From contig JAWOLK010000036.1 in NCBI GenBank assembly GCA_033853615.1, forward strand, positions 1 through 62,969: a DNA stretch of 62,969 nt. Reading direction: 5' to 3'. A model generated the notes under the pieces. The model was not told the origin of the DNA and ran no database searches. It was given only the letters and a program-made list of their open reading frames with translations. Below, in pieces: positions 52,572 to 62,898 of this stretch; the stretch's first letter is position 1, and each line of letters starts with the position of its first letter. Both the position numbers and the translations under genes were made by a program. This DNA comes from Beijerinckiaceae bacterium (GTDB taxonomy: Bacteria > Pseudomonadota > Alphaproteobacteria > Rhizobiales > Beijerinckiaceae).

Positions 52572-53471
52572 TTACGGCGCGAAGTCCTCGCGCCGGAAGC
52601 CCTGCGCATAAAGCAGCGCGGTAAGATCGGCGTGGTCGATGCGCGCGCCTGCCGCCGCCGCCACCTTGGGTTTGGCCCGGAACGCCACCCCGAGCCCCGC
52701 GGCGGCGAGCATGTCGAGGTCATTCGCCCCGTCTCCGACAGCCAGAGTCGCGGCTGCCTCCAGACCCAAAAGGATGCGCAGCTCCTCGACCGCGGCGCGC
52801 TTGGCTTCCGCTCCGAGAATCGGCTGAGACACCGCCCCTGTCAGCGCGCCTTCGGCCACCTCGAGCCTGTTGGCGCGCACGACGTCGAAGCCGATCCTCG
52901 CGGCGATCGGCTCCGCGAAACAAGTGAACCCGCCCGAAGCGAGCACAGTGAAGGCCCCGTGGCTCCGCATCGTCGCGATCAGCGCGCGTGCGCCTGGCGT
53001 CTCGGTGATCCTCTCCGACAGGATCTCGGCGACGCTTTCCATCCGCAGACCCGCGAGCAAAGCCACCCGCTCCTCGAGCGCGCTCTCGAACCGGAGCTCA
53101 CCGCGCATCGCCCGTTCGGTAATCGCGGAAATTTTTTCGCGCAGCCCTAAAACGGCGGCAAGCTCGTCGATGCATTCCTGCTCGATGATGGTGGAGTCCA
53201 TATCGGCCACGAGCAAAGCCTTCCGGCGCCCCTCGACCGGTTGGACGACGACGTCTATTCCCAATCCGGCCAGCCCGGCCTCCAGCGCATGCTTGGACGC
53301 CGGGCGCGGACCATAAAAAAAGACGTCCGCCGCGACGCCCCGGTCCAGCCACTCGATCGCATCCGCCGCGATCTGCGCATTGGAAAGCGCGCGTTGGAGC
53401 ACGCCCTCGTCCAAATTGGCATGAGGACCCGCGATAAAAGTCGCGACATTCTCGGACGGCCCTTTTGACAT
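52572..53471 (-). CDS. serB: Phosphoserine phosphatase
   Basis: HAD motif [37 protein letters not shown]. Confidence 0.96.
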   Translation of the reverse strand: MSKGPSENVATFIAGPHANLDEGVLQRALSNAQIAADAIEWLDRGVAADVFFYGPRPASKHALEAGLAGLGIDVVVQPVEGRRKALLVADMDSTIIEQECIDELAAVLGLREKISAITERAMRGELRFESALEERVALLAGLRMESVAEILSERITETPGARALIATMRSHGAFTVLASGGFTCFAEPIAARIGFDVVRANRLEVAEGALTGAVSQPILGAEAKRAAVEELRILLGLEAAATLAVGDGANDLDMLAAAGLGVAFRAKPKVAAAAGARIDHADLTALLYAQGFRREDFAP

Positions 53472-53498
53472 GCTGCGCATTTTGTTGCGAATAGCCTC

Positions 53499-54416
53499 AT
53501 GCACAAGCCCGCTGTCCTCATCGCAGGCCCGACCGCTTCCGGCAAGTCCGCAATGGCGCTCGCCCTCGCCGAGCAACTCGGCGGCGCAGTGATCAATGCG
53601 GATTCCATGCAGACGTATCGAGATCTGCGCATCATCACCGCACGTCCGACACCGCAGGAAGAAGCGCGGGCCCCGCATTTTCTGTTCGGGACCGTAGACG
53701 GGGCCGTCAATTATTCCGTCGGGCGCTGGCTGGACGACCTTGCCGCGACGCTCGCCGGATTACGTCCCGAGCTGACGCCGATCATCGTCGGAGGCACCGG
53801 GCTTTATTTCAAAGCGGCGCTGCAGGGCCTCTCCGAAATTCCGGCGGTGCCGCCCGAGGTGCGCGAGGCCGTGCGGGCGCGCGCGGAGGGAAAGGCGCCA
53901 GAGACCCTGCACGAGGAGTTGCGCGCTCGCGACCCCATGACCGCCGCCCTCCTCAGACCAACCGATCCGCAGCGCACTCTGCGGGCGCTGGAAATTTTCG
54001 AAGCAACCGGCCGCCCGCTCGCGTCCTTTCATGACAAGCGCTCGAAACCCCTGATGGATGCGGCGCAATGCCGTTGCTTTTTCCTCGCGCCGCCGCGCGT
54101 GGAGCTCTTCGCGCGAATCGATCGGCGCTTCGATATGATGATGGCCATGGGCGCGCTGGACGAAGTGCGGGCGCTGCATGGGCGCAGGCTCGATCCCGCC
54201 TTGCCGGTGATGCGCGCCCATGGCGTCCCGCATCTCATCGCTTATATCGAGGGACGGATCTCGCTCGAGGAGGCGGTCGCCCGCGGCAAGCTCGACACAC
54301 GCCATTACGCCAAGCGGCAATTCACTTTCGCCCGCCATCAATTGCGCGGCTTCCACTGGCTTGACGGCGCAGACCCGCTCGCCGCGATCCGCGCTTCGGC
54401 GCAGCCGCCCGCCTAA
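53499..54416 (+). CDS. miaA: tRNA dimethylallyltransferase
   Basis: [31 protein letters not shown]. Confidence 0.97.
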   Translation: MHKPAVLIAGPTASGKSAMALALAEQLGGAVINADSMQTYRDLRIITARPTPQEEARAPHFLFGTVDGAVNYSVGRWLDDLAATLAGLRPELTPIIVGGTGLYFKAALQGLSEIPAVPPEVREAVRARAEGKAPETLHEELRARDPMTAALLRPTDPQRTLRALEIFEATGRPLASFHDKRSKPLMDAAQCRCFFLAPPRVELFARIDRRFDMMMAMGALDEVRALHGRRLDPALPVMRAHGVPHLIAYIEGRISLEEAVARGKLDTRHYAKRQFTFARHQLRGFHWLDGADPLAAIRASAQPPA

Positions 54417-54455
54417 AGCAGGGAATGCAAACCCCGCGAGAAGTCCTGCTGAAAA

Positions 54456-55298
54456 CTAGCGTGCGCCATGCGTGAAGAAGAGCTGGAACACGGACAGGCC
54501 GACCTCCGCCAGAATGAGAATCACGACGGTCCATTCGAGCCGCACCGCGCGCTCTGCGTCGATCAGCTCGGTGAGGGCGCGGGCGGTTTCCGCAATGACG
54601 TCGAGCTTCGCTTTCAAGGTGCGGCCGCGCGCCTCGAGCTCATACTCATCCTCGAGACGCGCATAGAGGCGCTCGAGCTCGGGCCGGTCCCAGAGGACGT
54701 CCGGCTTGTCTTCGACCGCGACGCGGCCGGAGACACGATGCTGCACGAGCAAGGTTTGTCCGATGAGCTCCAGCATCGCGCGCCGCCGCCATGGCGGGCG
54801 CCCCTTGCTGGCGAGCTCGGCGGCGAAAGGCTCGATCGTGTCGAAGACCGCGTTCACCCGACGCTCGTCGCGCACCAGGGCGACGCTCTTTGCGAGCGCG
54901 TCGGCGACGACGAGAAGGCGCGCCGCCGAGAGGTCTTTCGTCGCGAGGGCGCCGCTCGGGGTCACCTTGTCCTCGCCCTCGGAAGAGATTTCCAGCAACA
55001 GACTCTCGTCGTCGCGCTGCGCCGCAGGCCCGATGACGCGGGCGTCGATCTTGGCGAGAATCTCGTCCTCTTCGATCGGCGAAAGTCCGAAGAGGACGGC
55101 GACGCCGAATTTGTAGAGCACGGCGAAGCCGGCGCCGCCGACGTGAAAGGCCAGCGGCGCCGTCGAGACGAGATCCGAGCGTTCCAGCCCGGAGGTGTCG
55201 ATGCGGTCGCCGAGCAGCAACGCGCGCGCGCGCACGCGTCCCGCGACCGGAACGACCGGCGCGACCTCGATGGTGTTTTCGCTTTGTGTCATGGCCAT
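54456..55298 (-). CDS. RMD1/DUF155 (YagE-like) family protein
   Basis: GVAVLFG, ALAKSVAL, DKPDVLWD, LEDEYEL..R...L..KL, RLEWTVVILI..E C-terminal TM. Confidence 0.85.
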   Translation of the reverse strand: MAMTQSENTIEVAPVVPVAGRVRARALLLGDRIDTSGLERSDLVSTAPLAFHVGGAGFAVLYKFGVAVLFGLSPIEEDEILAKIDARVIGPAAQRDDESLLLEISSEGEDKVTPSGALATKDLSAARLLVVADALAKSVALVRDERRVNAVFDTIEPFAAELASKGRPPWRRRAMLELIGQTLLVQHRVSGRVAVEDKPDVLWDRPELERLYARLEDEYELEARGRTLKAKLDVIAETARALTELIDAERAVRLEWTVVILILAEVGLSVFQLFFTHGAR

Positions 55299-55323
55299 GC
55301 TTTGTAGCCCGGCGAACGGCCGC

Positions 55324-55352
55324 TTGCATCCATAAAGCAAAGGCGCTAGCAA
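55324..55352 (+). promoter_or_regulatory. Putative sigma70 promoter of fdxA
   Basis: TTGCAT-N17-TAGCAA, 25 nt before the ATG. Confidence 0.5.
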
Positions 55353-55377
55353 GCGCGCATAGCATCAGGGAAGGCGC

Positions 55378-55716
55378 ATGACCTACGTCGTCACGGAAAA
55401 CTGCATCAAGTGCAAGTATATGGATTGCGTGGAAGTTTGTCCGGTGGACTGCTTCTACGAGGGCGAGAATATGCTTGTCATCCACCCTGACGAGTGCATC
55501 GACTGCGGCGTCTGCGAGCCCGAATGCCCGGCCAACGCCATCAAGCCGGACACCGAGCCGGGTCTCGAGCAATGGCTCCAGCTCAATTCGGAAATGGCCC
55601 AGAATTGGCCGAACATCACGATCAAGCGCGAGCCGCCGGCGGACGCCGCCGAATGGGACGGCAAGCCCGGCAAATATGAGGCGCATTTCTCGCAGGAGCC
55701 CGGCCAGGGCGACTGA
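55378..55716 (+). CDS. fdxA: FdxA-type dicluster ferredoxin
   Basis: [44 protein letters not shown]-terminal extension. Confidence 0.96.
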   Translation: MTYVVTENCIKCKYMDCVEVCPVDCFYEGENMLVIHPDECIDCGVCEPECPANAIKPDTEPGLEQWLQLNSEMAQNWPNITIKREPPADAAEWDGKPGKYEAHFSQEPGQGD

Positions 55717-56093
55717 GCCTGGCCCGCGGGTCGGGCCGGGCGCGCGACCGCCGGTCGCGTCATCAGGCAATTTATGGAAGTTTTAGGGGCGCCCGGGCCG
55801 AAGCCATAACCAATTGGCCGGGCGCGCCGATGGAAACCTTTGATTTTTGCAATGCGGCGTGTTAGAAGAAAAATTAACGAAGAAATCGCCGTGAGCGCCT
55901 GAAATCCAACCCCTTATTTGGTGAGACATAACAGCGGTTTGATGCTTTCGCCGCCACAACGGCTGGATGCGCCCTGCGCGAATTCGTTCGACGCGCACGA
56001 ACTGATCGCCAAGCTGCCGCGAGGGAGCCAGAGGCCATCGGATCGGCGTCTCATGTCCCGTCTCCACAGCGGGACAAACAGGAGTACCCGCGT

Positions 56094-57191
56094 ATGCCGT
56101 CGAGCAAGACTGGACGCCCGCAGCCGTATGAGCCGCTCGCCGTTTCCACGGCCGAGCCGCGGCGCGCCGAAAGCGCGCCGGCCACAGCCGTGACTCCCGC
56201 CGTCGCCCCGCCGAAATCCGCCGCAAAATCCGCCGCCCGCGCCTCCGCCGCCGTCATGCGCAGCCGCGAGACCAGAACCGGTGCGGAAAACGCGCCCGCG
56301 CGCGCGCCCACGCCCCCTTCAAAAACCGGGAGGACCGTCCGCAGAGCCGATCCGACTGACCAGACTGCAAGCCCCGCCGTCGCGCAAAAAACAGCCTCCG
56401 CCGCCGGGAAACCAGCGGGCCAAGAAGCAGAACAATCCCCGCCTCCCGCCCCCGCGGCGCCCGAGCGGCCGACGGTTCCCGACACTCTAGCTGCGAGCGA
56501 ACTGACCAAAGTGGCAAAAAAAGCAACCGAGAAAGCGGCCTTCGCCGCAAGCATCGCCCAGCCGGCCGACGTCAAGACGGTCGTGAAAGCCGCGCCCGCC
56601 GCCAAGCCGAAGAGCGCCAGCTCCAAGCTCGGCTTCAAATTGAACGAGTTCATCGTTTATCCGGCGCATGGCGTGGGGCAAATCGTCGGGATAGAAGTGC
56701 AGGAGGTGGCTGGTTTCAGCCTGGAGCTGTTCGTCGTCAGCTTCATCAAGGACAAAATGACCCTCAAAGTGCCGACCAGCAAAGTCGCGAGCGTCGGCAT
56801 GCGCAAGCTGGCCGAGGCCGAGGTCGTCGACAAGGCTTTGGCCGTGCTCAGCGGGCGCGCCCGGGTCAAGCGCACCATGTGGTCGCGCCGCGCGCAGGAG
56901 TATGAGGCCAAGATCAATTCCGGCGATCTTCTGACCATCGCCGAAGTGGTCCGCGATCTCTACCGATCCGATGCGCAGCCGGAGCAGTCCTATTCCGAGC
57001 GCCAACTCTACGAGGCCGCGCTCGACCGAATGGCCCGCGAGGTTGCGGCGGTGCGCAAGCTGCTCGACGCCGAATCGCTGAAGCTGATCGAATCCTTCTT
57101 GCAGAAGAGCCCGAAGCGCGGCGGAAAGGCCGAGCCGGAGGCCGATCTTCTGGAGGAGGAAGAGGCCGACATAGAAGATCGCGCCGCCTGA
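56094..57191 (+). CDS. carD: CarD family transcription regulator with long Ala/Pro/Lys N-terminal extension
   Basis: VYPAHGVG, GMRKL, WSRRAQEYEAKINSG, AEVVRDL, QSYSERQLYE; AGGAG 9 nt before ATG 56094. Confidence 0.92.
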   Translation: MPSSKTGRPQPYEPLAVSTAEPRRAESAPATAVTPAVAPPKSAAKSAARASAAVMRSRETRTGAENAPARAPTPPSKTGRTVRRADPTDQTASPAVAQKTASAAGKPAGQEAEQSPPPAPAAPERPTVPDTLAASELTKVAKKATEKAAFAASIAQPADVKTVVKAAPAAKPKSASSKLGFKLNEFIVYPAHGVGQIVGIEVQEVAGFSLELFVVSFIKDKMTLKVPTSKVASVGMRKLAEAEVVDKALAVLSGRARVKRTMWSRRAQEYEAKINSGDLLTIAEVVRDLYRSDAQPEQSYSERQLYEAALDRMAREVAAVRKLLDAESLKLIESFLQKSPKRGGKAEPEADLLEEEEADIEDRAA

Positions 57192-57212
57192 GAGCGGTCG
57201 GTCGCAAAAGTC

Positions 57213-57242
57213 ACCCCGCCGCAAAACGGCGGGGTTTTTTTA
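57213..57242 (+). terminator. Intrinsic terminator after carD
   Basis: ACCCCGCCG-caaaa-CGGCGGGGT followed by TTTTTTT. Confidence 0.85.
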
Positions 57243-57257
57243 GGCGCGATGCGTTGA

Positions 57258-58142
57258 TCATTCGCCGGGGGCGCTTTCCGCGGGAAAGACCTCGTCCTGC
57301 ATCCGATTGAGCGCACGGCGCAGCTTCGTCAGCGCCCGGCTTTCGATCTGCCGCACGCGCTCTTTCGAAATCCCCAGCAGGTCGCCGAGCGATTCCAGCG
57401 TCACCACCCGTTCGGTCAGCCGGCGCTCCCGGACGATGCGCAGCTCGCGCTCGTTCAGCACCACCAGCGCGTCCCGAAGCCAGCGGGCCCGGCGGTCCGA
57501 GTCGAGCGTGTCTTCCACCACCTCGTCCGGCAGCGGGCTGTCATCGACGAGGAAATCCATCCGCTCCGAGGAGCCGGGGGCGTCGTCGTCGAGCATTTGC
57601 CCATTGAGCGAGACGTCGGCGCTCGAGAGACGCGAGTTCATCAGCTCGACATCCGCCCTCGTGACGCCAACCGCATTGGCGATCGCCTGAAGCGCGTCGC
57701 CGGTAGCGGCGCCGGAAGAGTCGCGGCTCAAACGAGCGCGAAGCCGGCGCAGATTGAAGAACAAAGCTTTTTGCGCGGAACTCGTTCCGCCGCGAACAAT
57801 CGACCAATTTCTCAAAACATAGTCCTGGATCGACGCCCTGATCCACCAGGTCGCATAGGTCGAGAAGCGCACGTCGCGCTCCGGCTCGAAACGGGTCGCC
57901 GCCTCCAGAAGGCCGACATGCCCTTCCTGCACCAGATCGGCCACCGACAACCCGTAGTGGCGGAAGCGCGCCGCAAGCGCGATCACGAGCCGCATATGCG
58001 CGGCGGTCAATTTATGCAGCGCAGCCCGGTCGCCATGCTCCTTCCAGGCGATCGCAAGCGCTTTTTCTTCTTCGCGCTCCAGGAAGGGAGCATCTCTCGC
58101 TGCCTTGACGAGCTCCCGGCCAACTCCAGCCAAATAAGCCAT
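57258..58142 (-). CDS. RNA polymerase sigma-32 family factor (RpoH paralogue)
   Basis: DLVQEGHVGL, RFSTYATWWIRA, RpoH-box-like QKALFFNLR, region 4 LGISKERVRQIE. Confidence 0.92.
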   Translation of the reverse strand: MAYLAGVGRELVKAARDAPFLEREEEKALAIAWKEHGDRAALHKLTAAHMRLVIALAARFRHYGLSVADLVQEGHVGLLEAATRFEPERDVRFSTYATWWIRASIQDYVLRNWSIVRGGTSSAQKALFFNLRRLRARLSRDSSGAATGDALQAIANAVGVTRADVELMNSRLSSADVSLNGQMLDDDAPGSSERMDFLVDDSPLPDEVVEDTLDSDRRARWLRDALVVLNERELRIVRERRLTERVVTLESLGDLLGISKERVRQIESRALTKLRRALNRMQDEVFPAESAPGE

Positions 58143-58345
58143 GACCCGCACTCCCGCGCCCGAGGGCGCGTTCTTGAAAGACTTCCAAAATCTAAACCGC
58201 CTCAGCTCGCAAAGGTTCCAACCACGGCAAAGAAAACGCCAGAGGCGCCCGCACGACGGCGCGCGAGCCGCCGCGCCTTTTCTGGCGTGAGGCAGCGCAT
58301 TCCGCCGCAGGCGAACGCTCAACGGGTCGTCGGGGAAAGCGTTCC

Positions 58346-59803
58346 TTATTCGTTGACGATCTTGTATTTTTCGCCGGGCGTGATCGCCGCGCCCTCGTCG
58401 AGGCCGTTCAGCAGCAGGAAATATTCCAGCGGGCGATTGGGTGTGACCATGCGCGCCGCCATGCTGGCGACGGTGTCGCCGGGCGCGGCCGTCGCGAGGG
58501 CGATTCTGAGCCCATGAACTTCGCGCGCTTCCTCCGGCGCGATGCGGCGGAAGGTGAGGATCGATTCCATGAAGCGCCGCTCGGCTTCTTCGCTGAGCGA
58601 CTTCACTGCGAAGATCATGCGATAGACGTCGTCGCCGAGACGGATGACCGCGAGCTTGAAATTCCACTCGCCCGCCCGGGCGACCGCCGTGACCGCCGGC
58701 AGCCCGTTCACATCGACGCGCTTGATCGACGAAGCGAGCAGGCCGTCCACCCAGCCCGACTGCACATAGGCTTCGAGCGTCTGCTGCGGCGGCGTGCGCA
58801 CGCTGTCGAGCCGCAGCGCCTCATTGTCGCCTTCGCGCACGCCGAACACCGCTTCGTTGGAGTTCTCCAGCAAAAACCCCTCGGGCGCGGTGAAGGTGAA
58901 GCGCAACCTCGGATGCGTGAATCTGGTCCCGCGCACGAAACCTTCCGCCGGATCGTCGCCGAAAGCGACGCCGGAAATCGCCTGGAGGAACGGCTCGCGG
59001 TCGCGCGTCCCGACGCCGGGGGCGCCGATCTGCCGCGCCGCGGCGACCGCCCGCGCGATACGGTCCGGCGTCGAGGGATGGGTGGAGAGAATGTCGAAAT
59101 CGAGCGCCGATTTCTTCTTGCCGTAGAGCGCGGCGCGCAGTTCCGAGGATTTGGCCAGCGCGGTGAGAAAGCGCGAGGCGCCGTAAGGATCGTAGCCGGC
59201 GCGCGCGATCACCCGCACGCCGACTCCGTCCGCCTCCAGTTCTTGCTGGCGGGAGAAGCTCGCGACCGACAGTTTCTGGGTGGAGCGGATCTCCTCGCCT
59301 TTCTGCCGGTTCTGGATCACCGAGGCGGCCTGCGAGATGACCGCCGCCTCTTTCTCGCGCTCGGCGCGCAGCGCGCTGTGGCGCGCGGTGACATGGGCGA
59401 TCTCATGGGCCATCACTGCGGCGACTTCCGAACCGTCGCCCGCGAGCGCAAGAAGGCCACGCGTCACGTAGAGATTGCCGGTCGCGAGCGCAAAGGCGTT
59501 CACCACCGGCGTGTTGAGAATGGTGACGCGATAGGCGCTCTGGCCGGGCGAATCGCTCGCCGTGGCGAGCTTCGCCAGCACGCCGTTGAGATAACGCTCG
59601 GCCGCGGGAGCGGAATATTCGCCGCCAAATTGCGCGACCAGTTCCTTGTGCTGCACCGAGGCGCGCGAATCGGGCCGCCCGCCCTGCGCCGGCTTGATCG
59701 GCGGCGCCGGCGCGAAAAGCTGCCCCTGTTGCTCGAGCTGGGCGCAGGCGGCGAGACCGCAGGCGAGAACGGCGCAGGCCAGTCTGCGGAGCCGGTCTCG
59801 CAT
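58346..59803 (-). CDS. M48 family Zn-metalloprotease lipoprotein with C-terminal LysM-like region
   Basis: Lipobox LAA|C, NAFA, HEIAH, FSRQQELEAD, LSTHPS, PGDTVASMA...LNGL. Confidence 0.9.
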   Translation of the reverse strand: MRDRLRRLACAVLACGLAACAQLEQQGQLFAPAPPIKPAQGGRPDSRASVQHKELVAQFGGEYSAPAAERYLNGVLAKLATASDSPGQSAYRVTILNTPVVNAFALATGNLYVTRGLLALAGDGSEVAAVMAHEIAHVTARHSALRAEREKEAAVISQAASVIQNRQKGEEIRSTQKLSVASFSRQQELEADGVGVRVIARAGYDPYGASRFLTALAKSSELRAALYGKKKSALDFDILSTHPSTPDRIARAVAAARQIGAPGVGTRDREPFLQAISGVAFGDDPAEGFVRGTRFTHPRLRFTFTAPEGFLLENSNEAVFGVREGDNEALRLDSVRTPPQQTLEAYVQSGWVDGLLASSIKRVDVNGLPAVTAVARAGEWNFKLAVIRLGDDVYRMIFAVKSLSEEAERRFMESILTFRRIAPEEAREVHGLRIALATAAPGDTVASMAARMVTPNRPLEYFLLLNGLDEGAAITPGEKYKIVNE

Positions 59804-59846
59804 TCTCGCGCGCCGGATCGCCGCCCCCGCTTCGCCGGAAGACGCG

Positions 59847-60665
59847 CTAGCGGGCGGGCGATTCGTCGAGGCGTTCGAGCTGCGCCGGCGAAACGATGTC
59901 CATGCGCGGTCCGGAATAGGTGTCAATCAGTCCCCTCACCCGCACGCGCCGCCCCGCCAATGCGCGCGGAGAGACGCCAGTCTTCTCGAACATAACCAGA
60001 TTGCGCTTGCGAATCACAGCCGTGAAATCCCGGCCGCGTCTTCGGCCAAAGTTGAGATAGAGGACGCCGCCGGCGTCGCCGATCGAAAAAACAGCGCCTT
60101 CGACGAGAATCATACCCTTGCGGGTCTGCAGTACTTCGTAATCAAGGTTAACATCGGGCGAAATCTTGACGATCGCGTAAGCTGGGTCGGCCCATAGGCC
60201 AAGGCCCGCGGCGCGCCCCTCGGCCTCTGCCGCAAGATAGGCGGCGGCGCAGCCCACCGCCTGCGGGTCAGGGCGAAAACGGGCGTGACCCTCGGAGAGC
60301 AACAAGGCGCCGAGCGACAGAAGCGGCCCCTCCCCGAGGCCGAGGAAGACGGCCGCCGGCGCGCGCCGCCACCGATCCGGCGCTGGAGACAGCGGGCGAA
60401 CAAACACGTCTGCGCCCGTCGCCAATTCTGCGACGCGGCCCACCGCCGCGCGACGCGGCCCAGGGGCGTCGGGAAATTCGAGCCCGGCGAGAACAGCCCG
60501 CCGCCCGTCGTCGAGCAAAAGTTCGAAATCGTCGTCGACGAGCGCAATGGTCGCAGGCGTCGCCTCCTCCAGCGAGCAAGGCCCCGTCTCCGGCGCGGGC
60601 GAAGGCCCGGCGCTCGCCGGGGCCAGCGCCAGAAAACACACGAAGCCGCAAAGAGAGAATCGCAT
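59847..60665 (-). CDS. Thermonuclease (SNase)-like exported protein with C-terminal OB-like domain
   Basis: Signal peptide; LDDGR..VLAGLE.P, PDRWRR, LLSEGHARF, AEAEGRAAGLGLW; YLNFG and GRRVRVRG. Confidence 0.75.
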   Translation of the reverse strand: MRFSLCGFVCFLALAPASAGPSPAPETGPCSLEEATPATIALVDDDFELLLDDGRRAVLAGLEFPDAPGPRRAAVGRVAELATGADVFVRPLSPAPDRWRRAPAAVFLGLGEGPLLSLGALLLSEGHARFRPDPQAVGCAAAYLAAEAEGRAAGLGLWADPAYAIVKISPDVNLDYEVLQTRKGMILVEGAVFSIGDAGGVLYLNFGRRRGRDFTAVIRKRNLVMFEKTGVSPRALAGRRVRVRGLIDTYSGPRMDIVSPAQLERLDESPAR

Positions 60666-60793
60666 TGATTTGAGATAGCGCGGCGCGGGGTCGATGCGCT
60701 ATGGTCATCGTCGTTCCGGCTTCGCCCAAATTTGGCCGAACCCCCGGCTAGACTTGTCCGCTATCCCTCCTCCTTTTGAAGCTCAGCTCGATC

Positions 60794-61723
60794 ATGTCCG
60801 GTCGCTTCGTCGTCGCAGCGTTCTTCGCCCTGGCCGCCAGCGGCGCCGGCGCCCAGATCTACAATGAGCCGCCGCTCGACATCCCCGAGGATGCGGCGCC
60901 GGCCCCTGCCCCGCCGCCGCGCGACGCGGCGCTCAGCCTGCGGCTGGATCGGCTCGAGCGTGAAATGCGCCAGATGACCGGCAAGGTCGAGGAGCTCGAG
61001 CACCAGCTGCAGACGCTGGAGGAGCAGGCCCGCACCCGGCCGGCCGACAAGACCGGAGCGACGCCCCTCCCGGTCGCGCCTGCGCCCGGAGGCGCGCCGG
61101 CGGGCGGCGCTCGCCGCGGCGACGCTTTCGACCCGGCCGCCGACCCCGGCGCAGTCGGCGCCCCCCGCCCGCTGGGAGCGACGCCTTCCGCGTCGACCTT
61201 GCCGCGCGCTCCCGCGCGGACCACCGCGCCGGCGCCGCAAGAGCCGGGCGCGCCGCTCGACATCACCCACGGCCGACTGGCCCAGGACGCCGCGCCGGGC
61301 GCGCCGCCCGGCCCGGCGCCGGAAGCCGCGCCCGGGCAGCCGTCGACGCGTTCCGACTATGAGCAGGCGGTCGCGGAACTGCGCTCCGGCCAATATGAGA
61401 CGGCTGAAAAAGCCTTCGCCGCCCTTCTGAGCCGCAATCCGAAGAGCAAATATGCGCCAGCGGCCACCTTCAATCTCGGCGAGAGCTTCTATCTGCGCGG
61501 CCGCTACCGCGAGGCGGCCGAGCGCTATCTCGAGGTTTCGACCAAATATGGCCAATCCGGCCAGGCGCCGGACGCCATGCTGCGACTGGGGCAATCGCTT
61601 TATGCGCTCGGCGCCAAGGAGCAGGCCTGCGCGTCCTTCTCGGAGATCGCCGCGAAATATCCGAACGCCTCGGCGCGCGTGAAAGAAACGGCCGAACGGG
61701 AGCGCAAAAAACTGCAATGTTGA
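60794..61723 (+). CDS. cpoB: Cell division coordinator CpoB (YbgF)
   Basis: Signal peptide, coiled coil LEREMRQMTGKVEEL, RGDAFDP...GAPRPLG linker, TPRs (LGES.Y; APDAMLRLGQSL; QACASF); upstream of tilS-ftsH. Confidence 0.9.
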   Translation: MSGRFVVAAFFALAASGAGAQIYNEPPLDIPEDAAPAPAPPPRDAALSLRLDRLEREMRQMTGKVEELEHQLQTLEEQARTRPADKTGATPLPVAPAPGGAPAGGARRGDAFDPAADPGAVGAPRPLGATPSASTLPRAPARTTAPAPQEPGAPLDITHGRLAQDAAPGAPPGPAPEAAPGQPSTRSDYEQAVAELRSGQYETAEKAFAALLSRNPKSKYAPAATFNLGESFYLRGRYREAAERYLEVSTKYGQSGQAPDAMLRLGQSLYALGAKEQACASFSEIAAKYPNASARVKETAERERKKLQC

Positions 61724-62751
61724 CCGGCGGCGCGCTCGACGCCGACGCCCTGCTCGCGCCGCTCTCGCAAGACGCCGCCCTGCTGCTGGCGGTGTCCGGA
61801 GGGCCGGATTCCGTCGCGCTGATGCTGCTCGCAGCGCGCTGGTCTTTGAGAGCGGAGCGCGAGATCGCCGTCGCCACCGTCGATCACGGCCTGCGCGCGG
61901 CTTCCCGCCAAGAGGCGGAAGAGGTCGGCCTTTGGGCGCGGGCGCTGGGTTTTTCACACCATCTGCTACAGTGGGAAGGCGAAAAGCCCGCGACCCGCCT
62001 GCAGGAGCGCGCCCGCGCCGCCCGCTATGCGCTGCTGGCCGACTGCGCCAGAAAGGTTTCGAAGGACTGCGCGATCGTCACCGCCCATCATGCCGACGAT
62101 CAGACGGAAACGATCCTGTTTCGACTGACCCGGGGCTCGGGGATCGCCGGATTGCGGGGGATGGCGCCCGTCTCGGTCCGCGACGGCGCACGGCTGCTGC
62201 GGCCGCTGCTCGGCGTCGAAAAACGCGCTTTGGAAGCCGTCTGCGTCGAGGCCGCACATCCTTTTTTCCGCGACCCCACCAACGCCGACGAAAGCTTCGC
62301 GCGGGCGCGGCTGCGGGCGCTGTCGGCGACGCTCTCGGCGCAGGGCCTCACGACGGCGAGCCTCCTGCGTCTGGGCCGGCGGGCGGCGAGGGCCGATGAA
62401 GCGCTCGCCTGGGCGGCCGGCCAGGCGACCGCGAAAGCGATCCTCTCTCGCGACGCCGAGGAGACGCGGCTCGACGCTGCGGCGCTGCGCGATCTTCCGG
62501 CTGACATATTCCAACGCATCCTCGAGCAGGAGATCCGGCGGCTCTGCGGGGAGACGGCGCTGCGGCTCGACCGGCTGGAGCGCGCGGCCGATGCTGTTCT
62601 TGCTGGACTTTCGTCGGGCGGGCGCCTCAAAATGACGCTCTGCGGGGTTCTACTGGCGCTCGACCCGGTGCGGCTCGTCCTTCGCCCGGCGCCGCCGCGC
62701 CGCCTGACGCGACGCGAGACGGACGCAATTCCTCCCAAGGCCGTGAATTAA
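61717..62751 (+). CDS. tilS: tRNA(Ile)-lysidine synthetase
   Basis: AVSGGPDS, VDHGLR, ARAARY, AHHADDQTET, RPLL, DPTN. Confidence 0.96.
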   Translation: MLTGGALDADALLAPLSQDAALLLAVSGGPDSVALMLLAARWSLRAEREIAVATVDHGLRAASRQEAEEVGLWARALGFSHHLLQWEGEKPATRLQERARAARYALLADCARKVSKDCAIVTAHHADDQTETILFRLTRGSGIAGLRGMAPVSVRDGARLLRPLLGVEKRALEAVCVEAAHPFFRDPTNADESFARARLRALSATLSAQGLTTASLLRLGRRAARADEALAWAAGQATAKAILSRDAEETRLDAAALRDLPADIFQRILEQEIRRLCGETALRLDRLERAADAVLAGLSSGGRLKMTLCGVLLALDPVRLVLRPAPPRRLTRRETDAIPPKAVN

Positions 62752-62808
62752 GAGGCCTTATTCGGGGCGGCCGAAAACAGGGTTCGGGTCTATGGCGCGG
62801 TGGAACGA

Positions 62809-62837
62809 CTTGGCAAGCGCCTTGGGCGAGCCTAGAT
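62809..62837 (+). promoter_or_regulatory. Putative RpoH-type promoter of ftsH
   Basis: CTTGGC-N16-CCTAGAT resembles the alphaproteobacterial heat-shock consensus CTTGAA-N15/16-CCTATAT. Confidence 0.45.
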
Positions 62838-62898
62838 TATGCAGAATTGGAACGTTCACGGGGTGGTCCCGGCGGAGCGTCTCCTCTACAGGCTGGAC

